Shown here: one piece after another, positions 27,734 through 40,076 of the stretch
How positions within the stretch are numbered: the stretch's first letter is position 1
Layout: the number at the start of each line of letters is the position of its first letter
Source of the DNA: Camelus ferus
Lineage: Eukaryota
Assembly (NCBI RefSeq): GCF_009834535.1
Contig: NC_045697.1
Location: 25,422,001-25,486,000 of the forward strand
Reading direction: 5' to 3'
DNA length: 64,000 nt
Notes under the pieces: generated by a model
What the model was told of the DNA's origin: nothing
The model's database searches: none
What the model saw: the letters and a program-made list of their open reading frames with translations, nothing else
Position numbers and translations under genes: made by a program

Positions 27734-28035
27734 TCATCCATACAGTGAATTAGATCTCTAGAAGTTGTGCTAAACGAATGCCAAAGAAAGCATTTTAGTA
27801 AAAGTAAGAAACCATTCAGAAGGTTGGTGGGCTTCAGAAAAGGAAAAAATCTTGGGGAAAATATTTTTGATATTAAAAATTGAGAAAGCACCGCTTTTAT
27901 AATATTCAAGCAGCTAGCTGTCTCAGAAATAGATTTTTTTTCTGGCAACATTAAAATAAAGTATAGATTACTTTATTTCTGTTCTTAATAATATTCAAAA
28001 AGAACATTGCATCAGTGAAAATATAGAAAGCCTTT

Positions 28036-31000
28036 GATAGGTGACCAAGATTGCAAAGTAGGAAGATTCTGAGCTCACCTCCTCACATAGGCACACCAAA
28101 ATTACAGCTATTTACAGAGCAACCGTCAATGAGAACAACATGAAGACTAGCAGAAAATATCACCTATAACTAAGGATGTAAAAGAGGAATCACAACAAGA
28201 CAGATGAGTGGAGATGTGGTATAGTCAAGACCCACACCCCCAGTAGGCAACCCACAAGTGGAAAGATAATCACAATTACAGAGGTTCTCCCCAAGGACTG
28301 ATGGGTCTGAGCCCCAGAAGACTCCCAAGCCCAAGGATCCTGCACTGGGAAGATGAATCCCCTAGAATATTGCTTCGAAGGCAAACAGGACGTGATTTCA
28401 GGAGAGCCAGAGGGCATCAAGAAATAGACTCTCCATTTAAAGGGAGCTCAAAAAATCTCAGATGCTCTGAGACTCAGGGCAGAAGAAGTAATTTGAAAGG
28501 AACCTGGTTCAGACCCACTTGTTAATTCTGCAGAGCCTCCCAAGAGGTGTGAGACAGTTGAGACTCATCCTGGGGACATAGACACTGGCGGCAGCCATTC
28601 TGGGGAGCTCATTCTATCATGGGGACACTGGTGTTGGCAATGCCATTTTGGAGTCCTCCCTCTAGCCTGTTAGCACCAGGACTCAGCCTGGCCCATCAGC
28701 CACTCAGGACCAGTCCTGGGACAACCCAGGCCAAGCAGCCAGCTGTGCAGAGACGTAGCATCACCCGTGGGCAGGCATGCAGCACCTGTTGATCCTTTTG
28801 AATCCCTCAACCTCCCTGGGACCTGGCCCTGCTCACCAGAGAGCCCAGAATCTGGCTTCACCCACCACTGAGCTAACATCAGCTCTAGGACACCTTAGAC
28901 CTTCTGCAGCAAGCCAATGCAGGACTTGGTTTTGCCCACTAGTAGGCTGGAGCTAGCCTCTAGACCCAGCCTCATTTACCAGCAGGACCCACCTGGCCCC
29001 AGCCATGCCTACCAGTAAACTGACATCAGCTGTGGGACCCCCTGGGGCTCACAGTCAGTCATGCCAGAATCAGGGCCCACCCACCATCAACTGGCAACCT
29101 CTGCACTAAGCAGGGCCTGGCAATGTACCAGGCTAGAGAACAGTCATCTTATTAGAACAGCCATAGTAGCTGTCCCTACTACAACAGAAACACAGCTCAC
29201 ATACACCGTGATACTAAAACCACACAAAGATAACACATACACACAAATTGTAGGCCAGTGTCTCTGATAAACATAGATACAAAAAACCTCAGCAAAATAT
29301 TAGCAAACCAAATTCAACATTACATTAAATGGATCATACTGTAAGAATAACTGTGAATTTATCCCAGGGATGTAAGGATGGTTCAATACCTGCAAATCAG
29401 TCAGTGTGATACACCACATTAACAAACTGAAGAATAAAAATCATATAATCATCTCAACAGATGCAGAAAAAAGCTTTTGACATAATTCAACATCCATTTA
29501 TGATAACTTTTCACAATGTGAACATAAAGGGAATATACCTCAATATGATAAGGGCCATATATGACAAGCCCATAGTTAAGATCATACTCAGTGGTGAAAA
29601 TTTCAAAGCATTTCCTCTAAGATCAGAAATAAGACAGGGGTGCCCATTCTCACCACTTTTATTCAAAATAGTATTGGCAGTCCTAGAGACAGCAATCAGA
29701 TAAGAAAAAGAAGTAAAAGATGTCCAAATTGGAAAGGAAGAAGTAAAACTGTCACCATTTGCAGATCATGTGATACTACATATACAAAATCCTAAAGACT
29801 TCATCAAAAACCAATTAGAACTCATTAATGAATCCAGTAAATTTGAGTTGATGGATATAAAATTAACTTACAGAAATGATTTTTTTCTAAACACTAACAA
29901 CAAATTGTCACAAGGAGAAATTAATGAAACAATTCAATTTACAATTCCATGAAAAAGGATAAAATACCTAGGAATAAATACAACTAAAGAGGTAAAAGAC
30001 CTGTACTCAGAAAACAGTAAGACACTGATGAAAGAAATTGAAGATGACAGAAACAGATGGAAAAATATATTGTGCTCATAGATTGAAAGAATTTATGTTA
30101 TTAAAATGACTGTCTACCCAAGGCAATCTACACATTGAATGCAGTCCCCAGTAAAATAGCAATGACATTTTTCACAGAACTAGAACAAATAATTCTAAAA
30201 TTTGTATGGAAACACAAAAGATCCCAAATAGTGAAGACAATCTTGAAAAGAAGAACAAAGCTGGCGGTAGAATGTTCCCTAATTTCAAACTATACTACAA
30301 ACCTACAGTAATCAAAACACTATGGTACTGACACAAAACAGACAAATGAATCAGTGGAACAGAATAAAGAGCCCAGAAATGAACCCACATTTACATGGTC
30401 AATTAATCTATGACAAAGGAAGTACAATAAGGAAAAAACATCCTCTTCAATAAATGGTGCAGGGAAAACTGGACAGCTACATTCAAAATAGCCATACTAG
30501 ACTACATTCTCATACCATATACCAAAATAAAAGTGGATTAAAGACTTAAATGTAAGTTCTGAAACCCTAAATCTCTCAAAGAAAACAACCAGTGTGCTCT
30601 TTGACAGTGGTCTTAGTAATGGTTTTTGGACCTGTCTCCTCCAGGCAAGAGGAATATAAGGGAAAGTAAACAAACAGGACTACATCAAACATTAATGCTG
30701 TTGTCTGTTATATATGAAAAATTTTAAGAGTAAATCGTAAATGTTTTCATCACAAGGAAAAAAGATTTTTCTTTTTCTTTTATTTTCTATCTATATGAGA
30801 TGATGATTGTTCACTAAACTGACTGTGGTAATCATTCCATGATATATTTAAGTCAAACATGTATGCTATACACCTTATATTTATTCAGTGCTCTATGTCA
30901 GTTATTTGGTTTTTGTTTGTTTCATTTTGTTTAAGGGGAAGTAATTAGGTTTCTTTACATATTTTTAATTAAGTTTTTTAATTTTATTTTTTAGTGGAGG

Positions 31001-31110
31001 TACTGGAGGTACTAAGGATTGAATCCAGGACCCCGTGTATGCTAGGCATGCACTCTACTACTGAGCTATACCCCCCATGTCAATTATATTTCAATAAATC
31101 TAGAAGAAAG
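28036..31110 (+). mobile_element. L1 retaining 5'UTR, RT-region ORF2 and 3' end, with two large internal deletions and a nested SINE
   Basis: GC-richer 5'UTR-like sequence starts 'ccaagattgcaaagtaggaagattctgagctcacctcct'; RT from ~29203 (ORF 29461-29703: [10 protein letters not shown]...[15 protein letters not shown] mutated to FADH at ~29758-29769); ORF2 stops at 30690; 3'UTR ends 'caattatatttcaataaa'; degenerate TSD 28017-28034 / 31110-31130. Confidence 0.85.
30906..31076 (-). mobile_element. tRNA-Ala-derived SINE (Vic-1-like, long form)
   Basis: Reverse complement begins ggggggtatagctcagtagtagagtgcatgcctagcat; TSD atgtca(g/a)ttat 30895-30905 / 31077-31087; inserted in the L1 3' end. Confidence 0.85.
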
Positions 31111-31436
31111 AAAATATTATAAAAGGCCTTCTAAAAAAGATAACATTTTTAAGACAAAGATCACAGGTAAATGAAAAGCATGTTTGTAGAATTTAAAACC
31201 ACAGTGGACAATCTTTAAGCTTTAAATTATTAAAAAGAATTTTGAATTTACTTAGATGGTGATAATAGAATAAATTTTCACATATTAAAGTATGGGGAAG
31301 TCATTCTGGATTATACATGATTTAACTTGAGCTTTAGGTTAATCAAAACAGTCGATTGTGTCCTATTAAACATGCATTGTACATCTGCTTTTAACATTAA
31401 AGAGAAGAATGCATTTAAAAATCAAAATGGAGTAAC

Positions 31437-31872
31437 TGTGGTTCAGGCATTCAGAATGGAGCAGGGTGATCATTGTGGATCTGTTTTCACACACTTTCCT
31501 GTATTACTGAGAACTAGAATTTTCTGACCTGTATCAGACTCAAGGACACCACCAGCCATTCTCAAAATATTACCTGCTAGTATCTGCAGACTTATAGTCT
31601 CAAGATCACCCCTGGTAACCATGCAGCCATTTCAGATCCCAGCAAATCCTTGCTTAACAAGCACCCTTAAATCTTGCCAGCTTCAATTGTTGACAGAAGA
31701 ACTTAGGTAATTTTTCAGTTGTTGCTTTTATAAGCCTCCGCATTTTGTGGTCCAGCAGAAAACAGTTCAAGTGCTTCTTTAATCTGTGTCCCCAGCATAC
31801 AGTCCTCAGTCTGGCTCAAATAAAACTCTTCTATACCTATTACAGATTGTTTAGTGATTATTACTGTTGACA
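31437..31872 (+). mobile_element. ERV1-class LTR (MER34/MER39-like end)
   Basis: 'gctttataagc' TATA, 'agtcctcagtctggctcaaataaaactct', terminal 'gttgaca'; 5' boundary uncertain. Confidence 0.55.
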
Positions 31873-32074
31873 GTGATATTTCAAGTAATTTAAAAAATCT
31901 TCCTAGCTATCTGTAGTTCCATGATATTTTGTAATTAAATAGCACTTCTACAATCAGACAAAATAATGTTTTATTGGAAATAAATACTTCTCTCACAGAA
32001 TTTGAATATTAAATGAGCACATGTTCATAAAAGACGCCTGCTAGATAAGAGATGGCTATATAAAATCAATAGAG

Positions 32075-32310
32075 AATTGCAGTAAAAACTTTGGACTATC
32101 TGATTACAAAGACTTGAGTTCAAACCCAAACTCTTCATCTTTCTATCATGTTACCTTGAGCTAGTGATTTAATCTCCTTTGGCTTCATTGTCCCATTGGT
32201 AAAATGAGTATAACGAGAGAATCCATCTTGTTGGGTTTGGTGAAGATTAAAGAAGCTAATTCTCTTAGAGTAGGGCTTGACTTAGCTGAAGTGCTTTATA
32301 ATCAATAACT
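32075..32310 (+). mobile_element. MIR SINE
   Basis: 'gacttgagttcaaaccc...tgttaccttgagctagtgatttaatctc...gtaaaatgag'. Confidence 0.7.
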
Positions 32311-33045
32311 ATTAGTTTATGTCAAAAGATAGAGGTAAGAAACAAAAAGCATCTCTACAAACTATCTAGTTCACCTCAAAAGAAAGAAAAGTCATTGTAA
32401 ATGATTTTGTGACATGAAAAGCGTCATCAGTCATAAAATTGCTAAATCCAATAATAGGTGAAATGCGGTTAAGTCCACTTCAATCTGATTGTCTATCCAC
32501 TTTAGGTCTTTTCTGGTAGAATGTTCCCTTTACATCCAGTCACTAGATAAGTTCATTTACACAAGCAGTATTTCTTTCAAAGATTTCATGAGTGAACATA
32601 AACTTTTTGAAGGCAAAGAATTATTACATTTGGCTATTTTGCAGTCATTAAAAGGAAATTGCCTAAGTGGAAACTTAAGTTATATATACAGTAAACTGTT
32701 ACTTGCTTTGTAGAAAACACGAGGAAGCCATATTAAAACAAACATAATATCCCTTTATAGACAGTTATTTTCCACATGTATACACACACATACACATTTA
32801 TAAGTCAAGAAATGTGTAGCAGTGTGTCCTGGATCTTTTGCTGGTGAACAACAGGACTTGTTTTGCACTGAAAGAACCAGTTGGGGAATTTAGTAGCTCC
32901 ATGAAGCAGGGTTGCACCTCTTTGTTGTTTGTTCTGTTGTTTGATTTTTCCTCTTGAGATATCATGACCCAGGAAAGTTATCAACTATATATAACAACTA
33001 TTTTAAATTTATTTTTCTTTTTTTTTTTTTTAACTCACACATACA

Positions 33046-33181
33046 TTTTCTTTATTTTTTTCTTTTTTTTGTGGGGGGAGAGGTAATTAGGTTTATTTTA
33101 TTTAATTTTCTAGGAGGTACTGGGGATTGAACCCAGGACCTCACGCATGTTAAATAAGCACCACTTGAACTGTACTCTTCC
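33046..33181 (-). mobile_element. tRNA-Ala-derived SINE (Vic-1-like, long form)
   Basis: 'ggaggtactggggattgaacccaggacctc' (antisense B box) and 'gaggtaattagg' tail segment. Confidence 0.8.
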
Positions 33182-33238
33182 ACCAGCAAAAGTTTTTATA
33201 AGAAACAATCCAACATTAGATGCATTCTGTTATTTATT

Positions 33239-33678
33239 TATTTTTATTGTTAATTTTTATTTATATGTATTTTTATTTAAGTATAGTCAGTTTACAATGT
33301 GTCAATTTCTAGTGTACAGCATAATGTTTCAGTCATACATAAATATACATATATTCATTTTCATATTCTTTTCACCATAAGTTACTACAACATATTGAAT
33401 ATAGTTCCCTGTGGTATGCAGTATAAACTTATTTATCTATTTTATATATATTAGTATCTGCAAATCTCAAACTCCCAGTTTATCCCTTCCTACCCTCTTC
33501 CCACTCTGGTAATCATAAGTTTATTTTCTATGTCTGTGAGTGTTTTTGTTTTGTAAATAACTTTGTCTTTTTTTTTAGATTCCACATATAAATGATATCA
33601 TATGGTATTTTTCTTTCTCTTTCTGGCTTATTTAACTTAGACTGCCTTTTGCAGCAACATGGATGGACCTGGAGATTG
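33239..33678 (-). mobile_element. 5'-truncated L1 with 35-bp 5' inversion
   Basis: Antisense L1 3'UTR to ~33641, then sense 'tgccttttgcagcaacatggatggacctggagatt' (33643-33677); TSD gcattc(t/c)gttat(t/c)tatt 33222-33238 / 33679-33695. Confidence 0.85.
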
Positions 33679-34635
33679 GCATTCCGTTATCTATTAACTC
33701 AATGCTACTTTAATTTTTTTTAAATGTAACCTGCACCCCACTACGTTAATTCCATAAGCCAATAATGTATCATTTTAGGTATTAATAATCCTGAGGTCTG
33801 GATATGTCAATGTGTTTAAGAGGCTCCCAACTAAAAGGTATGTCTATAGCCTAGAATCCCTCTCAGTACCTGGATATTCATTTATTTGTTCATTCCTCAT
33901 AGACAGTTACTGAATACCACTAAGTACTTCAGTCCTGAAGTCATGGATAGAGCATCAAAAAATGTACAGTTTTCTTTATAGAGGCTTACCTTATGTACAT
34001 GTTACTACATGTTCCTACTTGCTTCACCAAGAACCCAGTATCAGTGTTATATATCAATTATTTCTCAATAAATCAGGGGAGGAAAAAGAAAATAAAGTTA
34101 AAACTATTTAAATATAAGACTGAAATAACCCAAGTTATTTTCTTAATTAAGGGAAGAGTGTAAAACTCACTCTAATACATTTCACTTGTGGAGAAAGAGA
34201 CACAGCTTGAATTTTTTTTTTTTTTTTTTTTTTTTTTCTGGAGAAAACAAGCTAAAATAAAGCCATGCTGGGAAAAAAAGAGAGTGGAGGGCGCCTGCTT
34301 TTTCTTGAGTCATGGAATCAGGATCTTTACTAGGGCCTCCAGGTAGATGAAGGGTTCACTAAGTTTTCCCTTTTGTTTCCTTAGCTGAACCCTGAGATAT
34401 TTGGTTTGATGTTGATCAGATTATTTGCGTAAAACTGTCAATTTGCTTAACTAACATTTAACATAATAGTATGCATATGGGAAGGATGAAGCATCATTAG
34501 AATTTTATTTGATTATAAACTATAGCTCTGAAAAAAGTTGTCTTAATCTATTATTCATACCAACATATTCTTCACAACTTTAGCAATTTGAAGGAAATGG
34601 TGGTAAGCACTGTAGTGTATGCTCTAGTGTAGAGA

Positions 34636-35045
34636 TGTTACGGAAATGACAGGCCAGCCAAGAAACAAGCACCACTCGGAGGGTTGGAGTACTCAGATTT
34701 ATTACGCCGGCGGGCTCGGAGGGGCTTCTGCTCCGAAGCTCTGAGCACCTCCAAGACGTGCACATGAGGTTTTATAGGGTTAATTACAAGTATGGGGCTA
34801 TTAGCCAATAAGGTTCAAACAACAAAAAGCAAGGAATCAGTACACTGGAGCTTATCAATTTGGAACAGATCACGTTACTGACACTTGTTGAGCTTGGATT
34901 TATGAGTTAGCTTGTTAGCCCAGTAAACTGACACTAAACTTCAGATTTATGAGTTAGCTTAGCAGAACTTAGATCAGTAAACCGACACTTATCACACTTA
35001 GATTTGTGACTTAGCTCGTTAGCCCATCTGGGCTTTTCCTTCACA
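34636..35045 (-). mobile_element. Young CpG-rich ERV solo LTR
   Basis: Minus strand reads tgtgaagg...ccgtaaca; U3 direct repeats 'gatttatgagttagctt', CCAAT (~34805), TATAAAA (~34770-34776), AATAAA (34698-34703); many intact CpGs. Confidence 0.85.
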
Positions 35046-36586
35046 GAACCTCACTGGTTTCATAAAGCATGTGATAAAAGTAATAACGGTAAATACCAAA
35101 AATACTCCTGTTATTACCACTTCCATCACTACTAACGCTATTAATATTACTATTACAATTTATTGAGCTCCTACGATATGCCAGCTACTGAAATGTGCAA
35201 TTGACATAAACTACAACCTCATTTTTGTCAAATCCTACAGTTTAAGAAGTAAGTTGTAAAATAATTAACACACAGGTGAAATGATAGTGATGGAGATTGA
35301 AGAAGCATTTTTCAAAATTTAAAAATATGTATATTTAAAAATAAGAATTCAGCTGGTTAAAATACGCAATATAATATAGATTTCATCATTTTAACTTATA
35401 TGGTGCCATCAGTTTAATTCATATCATTAAGATTCATACTGCTTATCAATGTGGCTGAATCACTGTAGAAGCCAAAAAAAGGCTAACATTAAACAGTAAA
35501 TGTTCTTTGCTAACAATATAAAAATTTTATAGTTCATTTATTTTCCTTTAGTATAGACAAATAAACCTGTCATTAATTTAATATTCTATTATAAAATACA
35601 GGAAATAGTCTAGTTTCCTTATTGGAGATATCAGAGAAGCGTGGTATAATTTTGTAGTATTATTCAGTTTTGTTTTGTTCATTCTTGACACTGTTTTTAT
35701 TCAATTTTATCTGCTGCGTAAATGGAATTGCTTTACATATTGCATAGTATGAAATAAAATTAGAGATGAGGTTTTTATTTTTTCCTCATCTCAAAATATT
35801 CATGTTGCTATCTTTTAATAAGATACAATTTAGTAAAATTATTTTCTTTGCTAGGTATCGATTATAGTCAGAAGAGAAAATAGGAACGAAGGTAAGATGC
35901 AGAAATTCAGTTTTATTATTATTTTTTCCATCATTTTAATTGCTAAATTCAATTACCAAAATAAATCTATGTAGGTTTGTTAAATAACAAAACAGTTTCC
36001 TCACAAGATCACAATTGGCTGTTATAAAACTATTAATACACAGGACTATATGGATAGCCCTGTATGTGCTTGCTACTAGTTGTTTTGTAAAGGTATTTTG
36101 GACACTTTTAAATTAAGACTTGAAAAATTTACTCATTGTTGTATATTGGTATTTATTTTAAACACATGGACATATCTGTCTTTACATTCCACATTGCTTT
36201 GATACACAATTTCTTCCTTCTCTCTACATTCCCAAAGATCACAGGTGCTACCTTGTTTCATTCTTTTTTGTTGGAGCTTTTAGCACAAAAGCAAACTTGC
36301 CACAGAGACAAGCAAGATGGTGTGAATGAGTCTTAATACTTCATCAATTTCTCAATGTGGCTCCATGTACCAGAATCGTTACTCTTACAGGCATGCTAGC
36401 ATCTTTCATTTCATATGTTTATCTAAAACGAATTCAATATATTTTTTAAATTTGTAAGTAGTAGAAAATTTGAGTATTTCTTTAAATGATGATATACAGC
36501 TTTTAATAAGTATAACAACAATACAATACACATGTGTTCAGAGAATAAATAAAGGAATAAATGAATGCTAGAAAGAAATTTCACCA

Positions 36587-37076
36587 TGTGTTTCTTATTG
36601 CTGTTGTGGCAAATTACCATAAATTGAATGGCTTGAAACAATACCAATGAATTGTCTTACATTTATAAAGATGAGAATTCCTAAATGAGTCACATTGAGC
36701 TAAAGTCAAGATATTGGCACATCTACATTCTTTCTAGAGTCTCTTTTGGAGAATTTGTTTCCTTGTGTTTTCCAGCCTCTAGAGGCCATCTATACTCTTT
36801 GGTGCATGGCTTCATTCCTCTGTCTTCAGTGCTGCCAGTGTCATTCTTTCCCATACCGCCATTTCTCTGGTTCTTTTTTCTCCTTTAATGTAATCACACA
36901 TGTGATTGCATTAGCCCCACTGGGATAATATAGGATAATTTCTTTATTTTGAAGTCAGTTTGTTAGCAACCTTAATTCCATCTGCATCTTAATTTCCTCC
37001 TTTGCCATGTAACTTAACATATTCACAAGGAATTAAGACAGAAATCTTTGGGAGGGTCATTATTTTGTCTACCATA
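36587..37076 (-). mobile_element. MaLR solo LTR (MLT1D-like)
   Basis: 'aaattaccataaa...ggcttgaaacaa', 'ttttccagcctctagaggcc', 'ttagcaaccttaattccatctgca', end 'tttgtctaccata'. Confidence 0.85.
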
Positions 37077-37309
37077 CTATGATACTATGTAATTAACTTA
37101 AAATGGAGACAGACCTGGTAAGGAAGAGTTTTGTAGATTATGATAAGAATTTAGACTGTATTTAAATGAAAACAAATCAAAGAATTTAAGTAAGAGGAAC
37201 ATCAGCAATTCAATTTGTCTTTTTGAAAGATTGCTTCTATGCAGTGTACAGAATTAATAAAAGACGTTAAGAGTGAATTTGCTGATGAATTTCATGAAAG
37301 ATGAGAGAA

Positions 37310-37485
37310 AAAGAAAAGTTAACAGAGTATGGATCCTAAGGTATTTAAATCAAATTTTAGACTCTCACTTAACTGGCTGTGTGACCTTGGAAAATTTTGT
37401 CTCAGTTTCCTTTTATGTAAATTGAAGGTAATTGTAGTACCAAACTTTTAGTGTTGGTTCATGAATCCCTTAATAAATGTTAGTT
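37310..37485 (+). mobile_element. MIR SINE
   Basis: 'cacttaactggctgtgtgaccttgg...tctcagtttcc...tgtaaa'. Confidence 0.7.
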
Positions 37486-37606
37486 TTACTAATCATTGTT
37501 TTGGAGGTAGAACTCACTGAATGGCAGAATGTGGATTTAAAACAATATTGATAATGACTTCCAAGTTTCTGAAAATCATGGCTTTATCTTAAATGGTAAA
37601 GACTGA

Positions 37607-37694
37607 GGGGAGGGTATAGCTCAGTGGCAGAGCAAATGCCTAGCATGCACAAGGCCCTGGGTTCAATCCCCAATACCTCCATTAAAAAAAAAAA
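37607..37694 (+). mobile_element. tRNA-Ala-derived SINE (Vic-1-like, short form)
   Basis: ggggagggtatagctcagtgg (A box)...tagcatg (AGC anticodon remnant)...ggttcaatccc (B box)...poly(A); perfect 16-bp TSD aaatggtaaagactga 37591-37606 / 37695-37710. Confidence 0.92.
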
Positions 37695-38129
37695 AAATGG
37701 TAAAGACTGAAGTTGGAGCATGTATGATTAAGAATTTGCTTTTTTATTTGATGAATACACAATGCTTGAGGGAAATCCAACTGCAAATACATACATGTAA
37801 CTTCTATTGCTCAAATGCAGATTTGGAATTGAGAGGCGAATCAGCATATTTTGGCTTATGCCAACTCTGTCTTTCTTCATATGGTAGATGCTATAGTTCA
37901 TAATATGCACCCAATTATTTTTTGTACCACTCAGAAGAAAAAAATAAATAAAAATTGCCAGTAGAAATATGACATTCAGTCAATCTAAAAGTGAATTACC
38001 TTTTTGATGTTAAAAAATGAAAGAAATTTACAGCTGAATATAATAGAGTTGACTACTATTGACAACTTGTGAGGAGATTAAATCATCTAGGTAAGCAGTG
38101 CAGAGTGTAAAATGAAGGTCTTGGGGAAA

Positions 38130-38342
38130 TATGGCATGTAAGAGTAGAGGCTGAGGAATGAGAGATAAAGAAATAGAAATGATGGTATAGTCAATTCCTC
38201 TTTGAAGTTAACTGTCAGTGGGAGGGAGCTGGAAGACAACATGGTGTCTGATGAATCTTCTTTTTCTTTCTTTTTTTTTTTAAATGTGGGCATAAGAAGC
38301 CCATGTTTGAATATTGAAGATTGACTGAAAGGACTAGGAGGG
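38130..38342 (-). mobile_element. L2 fragment, left part (interrupted by the EEF1A1 retrocopy)
   Basis: Purine-rich antisense-L2-like sequence that seems to resume at ~41885. Confidence 0.45.
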
Positions 38343-39958
38343 CTTTTTCACAAAGGGTTTACCATCAGGACACAGGGGTCATGAAAACCACTGTGAAATC
38401 TAAGGCAAAATGGGAAAGGAAAAGAATCATATCAACACTGTCATCGTTGGACATGTAGACTCAGGCAGGTCTAAACCACTACTGGCCATCTGCTCTACAA
38501 ATGTGGTGGGAGAAACAAAAGAACCATCAAAAATTTTGAGGAGAAGGCTGCTGAGATGGGAAAGAGCTCCTTCAAATATGCCTGGGTCTTGGATAAATTG
38601 AAAGCTGAAGGTGAGCTTGGTATCACCATTGATATCTCCTTGTGGAAATTCTAGTAAGTATTATGTGACAGTCATTGGTGACTCAGGACACAGAGACTTT
38701 ATCAAAAACATGATTACAGGCACATCTCAGGCTGACTGTGCACTCTCCTGATTGTTGCTAATGGTGTTGGCGAATTTGAAGTAGGTATCTCTAAGAATGG
38801 GCAGAGCTGTGAGCATGCCCCTCTTGCTTACACACTGGTTGTGAAACAACTAATTACTGATGTTATCAAGATGGATCCATTGAGCCACCCTGTAGCCAGA
38901 AGAAATACAAGGAAATCTTTAAGGAAGTCAACATCTACATTAAGAAAATTGGCTACAACCCCAACACAGTAGTATTTGTGCTAATTTCTAGTTATATGAT
39001 GGCAACACATGGGAACCAAGTGCTTGGAACCAAGTTCTCCTTAGTTTAAGGGATAAAAAGTCACCCATAAGGATGGCAATGTCTGTGGAACCATACTGCT
39101 TGAAGCTCTGGATTGCATTCTTCCACCAACTTGTCTGATTGTCAAGCCCTTATGTCTGCCCTTCTAAGCCATCTATAATATTAGGGGTATTGGCACTGCC
39201 CAAGTGGAATGAGCAGAGACTGGTGTTCTCAAACCCAGCAAGCTGGTCATCTTTGCTCCAGTCAGTGTTACAATTGAAGTAAAGTCTATTGAAATGTACC
39301 ATGAATCTTTGAGTGACACTCTTCCTGGGGAGAACATGGGCTTCAATGTCAAGAATGTGTCTGTCAAAGATGTCCATTGTGGCAGTGTGTCTTGTGACAG
39401 CAAAAATGACCCACCAGTGGATGCAGCTGGCTTCATGGCTCAGGTGACTATCTTGAAAAATCCAGGCCAAATCAGTGCTGGATATTCATCTGTTGGATTG
39501 TCATATACACCTTAAATTGCTTGCAAGTTTGCTGAGCTAAAGGGAAAAATTAATTGTTGTTCTGAGAAAAAGCTGGAAGATGGCCCCAGATTCTTGAAAT
39601 CTGGTGATTCTGCCACCATTGATATGATTCTTGACAATCTCATGTGTGTTGAGAGTTTCTTTGACTGTCCTCAATGCCACTCTCCTGTTTGTGACATGAG
39701 ACACTGTTGTTGTGGGTGTCATCAAAGCAGGAGACAAGAAGGCAGCTAGACTTGGTAAAGACACCAAGTCTGCCCAGAAATCTCAGAAAGCTAGGCAAGT
39801 GTCATCCTCAATACCTGTCACCTGTCTTAATCAGTGGCAGAACAGTCTCAGAACTGTTTGTGTCAGTTGGCCTCTTAAATTTAATAGTAAGACTGATTAA
39901 TGATAAAAATGAATCGTAAAATCTTCAGAAGGAAAGACAAATGTCTTTTGGACCATTT

Positions 39959-39979
39959 CTGTGTGTGTGTGTGTGTGTG
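39959..39979. repeat. (TG)n microsatellite inside the pseudogene 3'UTR
   Basis: Seen directly. Confidence 0.9.
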
Positions 39980-40076
39980 AATTTAAGTTATTAGTTTCTT
40001 AAATTAGTACATTTTAGTAGAAACAACTTGACCAAAAATCTGTCACAGAATTTTGAGACCCATTAAAACAAATTTT

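Noticed and set aside
29203..30690. Active or domesticated reverse transcriptase
   Set aside because: Multiple stops and frameshifts; catalytic FADD mutated to FADH.
37607..37681. tRNA-Ala gene
   Set aside because: Poly(A) tail, 16-bp TSD, imperfect stems and sister copies in the window show it is a SINE.
38410..39798. Functional EEF1A1 gene or retrogene
   Set aside because: The frame breaks after ~21 codons and there are many further frameshifts and stops; no introns, no promoter CpG island.
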